Shown here one piece after another: positions 47,862-55,453 of a stretch of DNA of 55,453 bases (its first letter is position 1; each line of letters begins with the position of its first letter). The DNA is from Chloroflexales bacterium (GTDB taxonomy: Bacteria > Chloroflexota > Chloroflexia > Chloroflexales > Chloroflexaceae). The translations under genes and the position numbers were made by a program. The stretch is from contig JBAXMH010000001.1 of the NCBI GenBank assembly GCA_037134395.1, positions 1-55,453 on the forward strand. The letters run 5' to 3'. The notes under the pieces were generated by a model. It saw only the letters and a list, made by a program, of their open reading frames with translations, searched no databases and was not told where the DNA came from.

Positions 47862-50800
47862 GCGTCGGCGCAGTGATGTGCGTCCGTTGCCCTGGCTGAT
47901 TCTGTTGGCGATGCTGATCGCGCTCCTCGCGGTCAGTTGTATTGCGCGCTATGCACTCCTCCTTGTTGAGCCGCATGTAATGTTTTTTCAGGGCGATCTA
48001 AGTTCCCGAGGACGTGTAGACTATAGTTTTTGGACGAGTGGTGATGTCCCGATTCTTCCCGCTCCCCCGCCCGCTGCTGCTGCACCCCCAGAAGAGACGA
48101 CCGGACCCGTCACACATACTGTGCCTGCCGAGGGTCCACCAGTGGTGGAAATTCCTGCTCCAAGCCAGGAGCCGACCGCAACAGCTAGCCCTAAACCTAC
48201 ACCTAGCCCCTCTCCCACTGCTACGGTTGCGACAGCACGCCCGGTGTCTGTCTCCACGCGCACATTCACTCGCGTGCCGACCACGATTGTTCAGACGCCG
48301 AGCCCGACACCGACGCGGAACATTGGCCGCGTAAGTCCCAGCGCAACCCCGATCAGCAACCCCGGCGACGTAACTGCTACTGTTCCTGTCACATCTACAC
48401 CTACGCCGACAACGACGCATACACCGACAACGACGCCGACACGCACGACTATACCTACGCTTACCAAAACGACGGGCAATGTGGCTACGCCAACCCAGAT
48501 CGTGATTCCGACGAGTACGGCGACGGCAACAGCAACGGCCACGGCAACCCCGGCGGTGACGCTGGCCTTCGCATCGTCCGCGATCTCGGCGAGTGAGGCC
48601 CAGGGCACGGTGACGGTGACGGTCAATCTTTCTATCCAGCCCGCCGGTGCCTCGCGAACGAATACGGTGAGCGTCCATTACGCAACCAGCGATGGGAGCG
48701 CGAAAGCCGGGATTGGTCGGGATTATATCGCGACGAGTGGCACACTCTATTTCCCGCCCGGCACAAATACTGCGGCCATTACGATCACGGTTCTGCCCGA
48801 CGCGATCAAGGAATTGGACAAGGTTGCATTTATCACGCTTAGTGCGCCTAATGGCGCGACGTTCGGCGGTACGGATACGGCAACCCTGACAATTACTGAC
48901 GCGAGTGCGCCGCCAGTGGTGAACATGGTTGCCGACGCCAGTTCGGTCAGCGAGAGCGTGGGCCGCACCGCCTTCTGGATCGTCCTGAGCCAACCGACCG
49001 CCTACGACGTGACGGTGCCCTACATCATCGGCGGCAGCGCAACGGCGGGAAGCGATTATAGTGGCCTGAGCAGTGGTACGGTGGTGGTTCCGGCTGGTGT
49101 CCAGAAAGTGCGTCTGCCTTTCACGATCATCAATGATCAGATTGCCGAGAACTCTGAGACGATCAGTGCCACCCTTGGCTCGCCGACAAATGCCTCTCGC
49201 GGCACATCGGCGACCATCACGATTGTGGATGATGACACCGCCGGGGTGAATGTCTCGCCCCTGAGCGGCAGCAGCACCAGCGAGGCTGGTAGCAGCGTCA
49301 CGTTCAGCGTGTGGCTGAATAGTCAGCCCACCGCCAGTGTGGTTGTCCCGATCACCAGTAGCGATACGACCGAGGGCGCAGTCAGCCCGGCCAACCTCAC
49401 CTTCACCGCTGCAAACTGGAATAAGCCACAAACCATCACCGTCACCGGCGTGAGGGACTTCGTGGTAGACGGCCCCATCATCTATACCGTGCAGATTGTG
49501 CCGGTTATGAGTGCCGATCCCTTCTACAGCGGCAAGTTTGCGCAGACTATCGGCCCTCTGACGAACACCGATAACAATACTGCGGGGGTGAATGTTTCGA
49601 CTCCCGGCAGCAACAGCACCAGCGAGGCGGGCGGCAGCGTCACCTTCAACGTGTGGCTCAATAGTGAGCCAACCGGGAATGTCACCATCCCGATCACGAG
49701 CAATGATCAGACCGAGGGTACGGTCAGTCCGACCAGCCTCACCTTCACGCCGACGACATGGATGTCAGCGCAGGTTGTCACCGTCACCGGCGTGGATGAT
49801 TTTGTCAATGACGGGAACATCGCGTACACCGTCAGCGTCGGCCCCGCCACAGGTGCCGATGCGCTCTATCGCAGTCTGGCTGCGCGCACCGTCAATTTGA
49901 TAAATATTGACAACGATATCGCCGGGATTACCGCTGACCCCGTCAGCGGGCCAGTGGCGGAGGGTGGGGCAACCGCAACTATTCGCCTGGTGCTGAACAG
50001 CCAGCCGACAGCCGATGTGGTGATTACCGCCACCGCCGATACCCAACTGTATGTGGACGGAATGGTCAGCACGGTGCTGACGATCACGCCCGATACGTGG
50101 AATACGGCCCGAATCATCACGGTTTCGGCGGTTGACGATCTGATCGCCGAAGGGCCACATAGCGGCGGTATTACCTTTAGCGTGGATAGCGCCGATCCGC
50201 TCTATCGCCCGCTAAAGATTGCACCCGCCACGGTGCAGATCGCGGATAACGATGTTCCACCGGATCTCGTCATCTCGGCGCAGAGCGGTACCACCACCAG
50301 CGAGAACCTCGACACCGTCACGTTCAAGGTGGCGCTGACTCGGCAACCTCTGGCGGATGTGACGGTGCCGATCTCCAGTAGCAACACGGGCGAGGGGACG
50401 GTTGGTCCGGCGAGCCTGACTTTCACGGCTGCGAACTGGAACGTTCCTCAGACCGTCACCGTCACCGGCGTAAATGATGCGATTGCCGATGGTGATATAG
50501 CCTACAACGTGCAGGTCGGCCCGACGAGCAGTAGCTCGGTGGTGTACAACGGCGTTGGTTTGAAAACCATCCCGCTGACGAACCTCGACAACGATACCGC
50601 CGGGGTGATCGTGACACCGGCCACGCCGATCTTGAGTCTGGCGGAGGGTGGGCGAACCTCCTCCTATACCGTGGTGCTGGGCAGCCAACCCCTCGCCGAT
50701 GTGACGATTGCGGTTAGCGCCGATGCTCGGTTGCGCGTGGGTATACCTGCGCCCGCCCTTCCCGCGTTGAGCCTGACCTTTACGCCAGGGAACTGGAATC

Positions 50801-53800
50801 AGCCGCAGACGGTGACGGTCTCGGCGTTTGATGACGCGATTGCCCAGATCAGCCCGGACTTCCGCCAAGTCACGCACAGCGCCACGAGCGCGGATCCCAA
50901 GTACAACGCAATTACCATTGCCAGTGTGGGCGCAAACATCACCGATAACGACAGCGCCGGAATCACGGTCAACCCAATGAGCGGGCTGATCACGACGGAG
51001 TCCGGTGGCACGGCGACCTTTGGCGTGGTGCTGACGAGCGAGCCGACGGCGAATGTCACGATTGCGCTGGCCAGTAGTAACACGGCGGAGGGCACAGTTA
51101 GCTCGTCCAGCCTCACCTTCACCGCCACGAATTGGAATGTTCCGCAGACCGTCACTGTCACTGGTGTGAATGATTTTGTGGTTGACGGGAATATAAACTA
51201 CACCGTCACTGTCGGCCCGACCAGCAGCAGCGATCCGTTCTACAGCGGCATGGCGATCAAGACCGTTAGCCTGAGCAATAGCGATAATGACAGCGTGGGG
51301 GTGAATGTTTCGGCGACAAGTGGGACAACCAGCGAGGCCGGGGGCACGATGACCTTTAGTGTCTGGTTGAACAGTCAACCGACGGCGACTGTCACCATCC
51401 CGTTGATCAGCAGCAATACGACTGAGGGAACGGTGAGTCCGGCCAGCCTGACCTTTACCGCCGCAAACTGGAACGTTCCGCAAACCGTCACCGTGACAGG
51501 CGTAGACGACTTTGTGGTTGACGGGCCTGTGGCCTACACCGTCACTGTCGGCCCAACCAGCAGCGCCGATCCGCTCTACAGCGGCACTCTCACCCAGACG
51601 GTGAACGTGGTCAATCTTGATAATGACACGGCGGATGTCACGATTACCAATGTCACACTGCCAGAAGGCAACGTAGGCACAACCGCGTTTGCCTTCACCG
51701 TGAACCTGAGCAACATCGCCTCCAGAGATGTGAGCGTGGACTACACCACGGTTGATCAGGCAGCCACCGTGGCGGGCAACGATTACGCGGCAGCCACTGG
51801 TACGCTGACGATCCCAGCGGGCAACTCAAGCGGCACGATCACAGTGAATGTGACCGGCGACACTAGCATCGAACCCGACGAGACATTTTTGGTACAGCTA
51901 TCGAATCTGCGAACATCAGGTATCGGCGCAATCGCGGTGACGCTGGCCGGTGCGCAGGGTACGGGGACGATCACCAATGATGATTATCCGACGGTGACGC
52001 TGAGCAATCCATCCGTCCTAGAGGGCAACGCGGGCACGAGCATCCTGAATTTCGTGGCGACCTTCGCGTCGGCTGTGCCGTCGGCAGGAACCTTGACCTA
52101 CAGCACGGTAGATGGCGCGGCGACCGCCGCGAGCGGTGACTATGTGGCGGTGACGAATGTGACCGTCCCCTTCGCTGCCGGGGCAACGAGTGTGAGCTTG
52201 CCGGTGACGATTAATGGCGATACGACCCTGGAGCCGGACGAGATATTCAGCGTGAGCCTGATCGGCGCGATTAGTACGGGAGTCAGTGGCACCGGAACGA
52301 TCACCAACGATGACTACCCGACGGTGACGTTCAATGCCCCATCAGTGCTAGAGGGCAATGCGGGTACCCGCACGCTGAATTTCGTGGCAACCTTCGCGTC
52401 GGCTACACTGTCGGGAGGGACGCTAACCTACAGCACGGTGGACGGCACGGCGACGGTGGCGAACAATGACTATGTGGCGGTGACGAACGGGATCGTTCCC
52501 TTCGCTGCGGGGGCGACGAGCGTAAGTTTGCCGGTGACGGTGAACGGAGATACTACGCAAGAGCCGGACGAAACGCTCAGGGTGAGTCTGAGCGGGGTGG
52601 GCGCGCCCGCCAGCGCTACGGGGACGATCCTCAACGATGACCCAGGAGTGACGCTGAGCGCCCCATCAGTGCTAGAAGGCGACGCGGGTACCCGTACCCT
52701 GACTTTCGTGGCGACATTCGCGACGCCACCGCTGTCGGCAGGCTTCGTGACTTACAGCACGGCGGATGGCACGGCGACTGCCGCCAGCGGTGACTATGTG
52801 GCGGTGACAAACGGGACGGTGGCGTTCTTAGCGAATGCGACCAGCGTGGATCTGCCGGTGACGGTGAACGGGGATACGACCCAGGAGCCACATGAGACGC
52901 TCAGTGTGAGCCTGAGTGGGGTGGGCGCACCCGCCAGTGCGACAGGGACGATCACCAATGATGACTACCCGGTGATGACGATGAGCAGCCCGAAGATCAC
53001 AGAAGGAAATGCGGGAACCTCAACGCTCACCTTTGTGGTGAACATCCCAGGCGGTGCGCCGTCGGCGGGTGCCTTGATCTACAGCACGGCGGATGGCCTG
53101 ACGACGGTTCCGGCGACAGCGGCGACGGTGGCGAACAACGATTATGTGCCGGTGACGAACGCCACGGTGAATTTCCTTGCCGGGGCGACGAGCGTGAACC
53201 TGCCGGTGACGATCAATGGTGATACGAACTTGGAGCCGGATGAGACGTTCAGCGTCATCCTGGGCGGCACAATCAGCGCGGGGGTCAGTGGCACCGGGAC
53301 GATCACCAACGACGATTACCCGACGGTGACATTCAATACCCCTGCCCCAACGGTGCTGGAAGGCAATGCGGGTACCAGCACCCTGACGTTCGTGGCGACC
53401 TTCGCGTCGGCTACGCTGTCGGGCGGGACGCTGACCTACAGCACGGTGGACGGCACGGCGATTGCCGCGAGCGGTGACTATGTGGCGGTGACGAACGTGA
53501 CCGTCCCCTTCGCTGCGGGGGTGACGAGTGTGAATCTGTCGGTGACGGTGAACGGAGATACGATCCAGGAGCCGGACGAAACGCTCAGTGTCATCCTGGG
53601 CGGCACCATTAGCGCGGGTCTCAGTAGCACGGTAGGCACGATCACCAACGATGATCCAGGAGTGACGTTCAATGTCCCTGCCCCATCAGTGCCAGAGGGC
53701 GATGCGGGTACCACCAGCACCCTGACCTTCGTGGCGACGTTCGCGACGCCACCGCTGTCGGCAGGCTTCGTGACTTACAGCACGGCGGATGGCACGGCGA

Positions 53801-55453
53801 CGGTGGCGAACAACGATTATGTGCCGGTGACGAATGGGACGGTGAACTTCCTTGCCGGGGCAACGAGCGTGAACCTGCCGGTAACGATCAATGGCGATGC
53901 GACCTTGGAACCGGACGAGACGCTCAGCGTGAGCCTGAGCGGGGTGGGTGCGCCCGCTAGTGCCACCGGGACGATCACCAACGACGATTACCCGGCGGTG
54001 ACGTTCAATGTCCCTGCCCCAACGGAGGTGGAGGGCGACGTGGGCACCCGTCCCCTGACCTTCGTGGCGACCTTCGCGTCGGCTACGCTGTCGGGCGGGA
54101 CGCTGACCTACAGCACGGTGGACGGCACGGCGATTGCCGCGAGCGGTGACTATGTGGCGGTGACGAACGGGACGGTGGCGTTCGGGGTCGGGGCGACGAG
54201 CGTGAACCTGCCAGTAACGATCAATGGTGATACGACCTTGGAGCCGGACGAGACGCTCAGCGTCATCCTAGGCGGCACCATTAGCGCGGGGGTTAGTAGC
54301 ACGGGAGGGACGATCACCAACGACGATTACCCGGCGGTGACGTTCAATGCCCCAACGGTGCTGGAGGGCAATGCGGGTACCAGCACCCTCACGTTCGTGG
54401 CGACATTCGCGACGTCGCCGCTGTCGGGCGGGGTGCTGACCTACAGCACGGCTGATGGCACGGCGACGGTCGCCAACAACGACTATGTGGCGGTGACGAA
54501 CGTGACCGTCCCCTTCGCTGCGGGGGCAATGAGCGTGAACCTGCCAGTGACGGTGAACGGAGATACGATCCAGGAGCCGGACGAGACGCTCACGGTGAGC
54601 CTGAGCGGTGTGGGTGCGCCCGCCAGCGCCATCGGAACGATCACCAATGATGATCCAGGAGTGACGTTCAATGTCCCTGCCCCATCAGTGCCAGAGGGCG
54701 ATGCGGGTACCACCAGCACCCTGACCTTCGTGGCGACGTTCGCGACGCCACCGCTGTCGGCAGGCTTCGTGACTTACAGCACGGCGGATGGCACGGCGAC
54801 GGTGGCGAACAACGATTATGTGCCGGTGACGAATGGGACGGTGAACTTCCTTGCCGGGGCAACAAGCGTGAACCTGCCGGTAACGATCAATGGTGATGCG
54901 ACCTTGGAACCGGACGAGACGCTCAGCGTGAGCCTAAGTGGAGTGGGAGCGCCCGCCAGTGCCACCGGGACGATCACCAACGATGACTACCCGGCAGTGA
55001 CGTTCAATCCCCCCGCCCCAACGGTGCTGGAGGGCGATGCGGGCACCCGTCCCCTGACCTTCGTGGCGACCTTCGCGGCGGCTACGCTGTCGGGCGGGAC
55101 GCTGACCTACAGCACGGTGGACGGCACGGCGATTGCCGCGAGCGGTGACTATGTGGCGGTGACGAACGGGACGGTGGCGTTCGGGGTCGGGGCGACGAGC
55201 GTGAACCTGCCAGTAACGATCAATGGTGATACGACCTTGGAGCCGGACGAGACGCTCAGCGTCATCCTAGGCGGCACCATTAGCGCGGGTGTCAGTAGCA
55301 CGGGAGGGACGATCACCAACGATGATTACCCGGCGGTGACGTTCAATGCTCCCGCCCCAACGGTGCTGGAGGGCGACGCGGGCACCCGTCCCCTGACCTT
55401 CGTGGCGACCTTCGCGTCGGCTACGCTGTCGGGCGGGACGCTGACCTACAGCA
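47809..55453 (+). CDS. Giant Calx-beta repeat surface protein/adhesin (>2,500 aa, runs off the window; absent from ORF track)
   Basis: Frame 1 reads open from ATG 47809 in all lines checked. N-terminal hydrophobic helix, Pro/Thr linker, 2 Calx-beta domains, 7 ~113-aa LTFT..NWN.PQTVTV repeats, then Calx-beta repeats (DGTA..DY..EPDET..TITNDD). Start codon inferred. Confidence 0.88.
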   Translation, partial: MRHPALKNLIPSLPRLPERRRSDVRPLPWLILLAMLIALLAVSCIARYALLLVEPHVMFFQGDLSSRGRVDYSFWTSGDVPILPAPPPAAAAPPEETTGPVTHTVPAEGPPVVEIPAPSQEPTATASPKPTPSPSPTATVATARPVSVSTRTFTRVPTTIVQTPSPTPTRNIGRVSPSATPISNPGDVTATVPVTSTPTPTTTHTPTTTPTRTTIPTLTKTTGNVATPTQIVIPTSTATATATATATPAVTLAFASSAISASEAQGTVTVTVNLSIQPAGASRTNTVSVHYATSDGSAKAGIGRDYIATSGTLYFPPGTNTAAITITVLPDAIKELDKVAFITLSAPNGATFGGTDTATLTITDASAPPVVNMVADASSVSESVGRTAFWIVLSQPTAYDVTVPYIIGGSATAGSDYSGLSSGTVVVPAGVQKVRLPFTIINDQIAENSETISATLGSPTNASRGTSATITIVDDDTAGVNVSPLSGSSTSEAGSSVTFSVWLNSQPTASVVVPITSSDTTEGAVSPANLTFTAANWNKPQTITVTGVRDFVVDGPIIYTVQIVPVMSADPFYSGKFAQTIGPLTNTDNNTAGVNVSTPGSNSTSEAGGSVTFNVWLNSEPTGNVTIPITSNDQTEGTVSPTSLTFTPTTWMSAQVVTVTGVDDFVNDGNIAYTVSVGPATGADALYRSLAARTVNLINIDNDIAGITADPVSGPVAEGGATATIRLVLNSQPTADVVITATADTQLYVDGMVSTVLTITPDTWNTARIITVSAVDDLIAEGPHSGGITFSVDSADPLYRPLKIAPATVQIADNDVPPDLVISAQSGTTTSENLDTVTFKVALTRQPLADVTVPISSSNTGEGTVGPASLTFTAANWNVPQTVTVTGVNDAIADGDIAYNVQVGPTSSSSVVYNGVGLKTIPLTNLDNDTAGVIVTPATPILSLAEGGRTSSYTVVLGSQPLADVTIAVSADARLRVGIPAPALPALSLTFTPGNWNQPQTVTVSAFDDAIAQISPDFRQVTHSATSADPKYNAITIASVGANITDNDSAGITVNPMSGLITTESGGTATFGVVLTSEPTANVTIALASSNTAEGTVSSSSLTFTATNWNVPQTVTVTGVNDFVVDGNINYTVTVGPTSSSDPFYSGMAIKTVSLSNSDNDSVGVNVSATSGTTSEAGGTMTFSVWLNSQPTATVTIPLISSNTTEGTVSPASLTFTAANWNVPQTVTVTGVDDFVVDGPVAYTVTVGPTSSADPLYSGTLTQTVNVVNLDNDTADVTITNVTLPEGNVGTTAFAFTVNLSNIASRDVSVDYTTVDQAATVAGNDYAAATGTLTIPAGNSSGTITVNVTGDTSIEPDETFLVQLSNLRTSGIGAIAVTLAGAQGTGTITNDDYPTVTLSNPSVLEGNAGTSILNFVATFASAVPSAGTLTYSTVDGAATAASGDYVAVTNVTVPFAAGATSVSLPVTINGDTTLEPDEIFSVSLIGAISTGVSGTGTITNDDYPTVTFNAPSVLEGNAGTRTLNFVATFASATLSGGTLTYSTVDGTATVANNDYVAVTNGIVPFAAGATSVSLPVTVNGDTTQEPDETLRVSLSGVGAPASATGTILNDDPGVTLSAPSVLEGDAGTRTLTFVATFATPPLSAGFVTYSTADGTATAASGDYVAVTNGTVAFLANATSVDLPVTVNGDTTQEPHETLSVSLSGVGAPASATGTITNDDYPVMTMSSPKITEGNAGTSTLTFVVNIPGGAPSAGALIYSTADGLTTVPATAATVANNDYVPVTNATVNFLAGATSVNLPVTINGDTNLEPDETFSVILGGTISAGVSGTGTITNDDYPTVTFNTPAPTVLEGNAGTSTLTFVATFASATLSGGTLTYSTVDGTAIAASGDYVAVTNVTVPFAAGVTSVNLSVTVNGDTIQEPDETLSVILGGTISAGLSSTVGTITNDDPGVTFNVPAPSVPEGDAGTTSTLTFVATFATPPLSAGFVTYSTADGTATVANNDYVPVTNGTVNFLAGATSVNLPVTINGDATLEPDETLSVSLSGVGAPASATGTITNDDYPAVTFNVPAPTEVEGDVGTRPLTFVATFASATLSGGTLTYSTVDGTAIAASGDYVAVTNGTVAFGVGATSVNLPVTINGDTTLEPDETLSVILGGTISAGVSSTGGTITNDDYPAVTFNAPTVLEGNAGTSTLTFVATFATSPLSGGVLTYSTADGTATVANNDYVAVTNVTVPFAAGAMSVNLPVTVNGDTIQEPDETLTVSLSGVGAPASAIGTITNDDPGVTFNVPAPSVPEGDAGTTSTLTFVATFATPPLSAGFVTYSTADGTATVANNDYVPVTNGTVNFLAGATSVNLPVTINGDATLEPDETLSVSLSGVGAPASATGTITNDDYPAVTFNPPAPTVLEGDAGTRPLTFVATFAAATLSGGTLTYSTVDGTAIAASGDYVAVTNGTVAFGVGATSVNLPVTINGDTTLEPDETLSVILGGTISAGVSSTGGTITNDDYPAVTFNAPAPTVLEGDAGTRPLTFVATFASATLSGGTLTYS
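51967..55453 (+). repeat. Intragenic tandem repeats of 324-351 bp with a 999-bp higher-order period
   Basis: TITNDD-type codons start at 51967, 52297, 52624, 52948, 53299, 53638, 53971, 54310, 54637, 54970, 55309. Confidence 0.9.

Noticed and set aside
47920-47940. Lipoprotein lipobox (LLAVSC) in the giant protein
   Set aside because: Poor match at the -3 position, a long N-region, and more hydrophobic residues after the Cys; an uncleaved membrane anchor is at least as likely
47998-54865. Long minus-strand ORFs (e.g. 47998-49431, 50212-51483) as real genes
   Set aside because: They are antisense shadows of the plus-strand repeat protein, arising from its biased codon usage

Overview
A GC-rich bacterial chromosome segment. 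Gene order and protein style suggest Chloroflexota, probably Chloroflexales (inferred, not checked against a database). Bases 1-17.7 kb hold the 3' end of tuf, the full S10-spc-alpha ribosomal protein cluster, truA and rplM-rpsI. Bases 17.7-23.8 kb hold rsmD, coaD, a coiled-coil protein, DUF177, rpmF, fabH, fabD and two tandem fabG-like genes; the second lacks the catalytic Ser and Lys. Next is a ~550-nt ORF-poor, hairpin-rich stretch with its own minus-strand sigma70-type promoter, the best candidate for an undescribed large ncRNA. Further on are a CrtI-family desaturase, a CpaF/TadA ATPase, an AAA ATPase, pdxST, an AAA-R3H/tmk/darA cluster and a secreted beta-propeller glycoside hydrolase. 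A 330-bp protein-less IS200/IS605-type element follows, keeping both ends, an internal promoter and a TnpB-type omega-RNA scaffold. The rest holds aspartokinase, a quinone oxidoreductase, two histidine kinases, an eIF2B-like protein, a GT4 and an MBL hydrolase. The window ends inside a >2,500-aa Calx-beta repeat surface protein that the ORF track misses. Intergenic regions are rich in 7-nt tandem repeats and REP-like palindromes. I recognised no rRNA, tRNA or CRISPR array.
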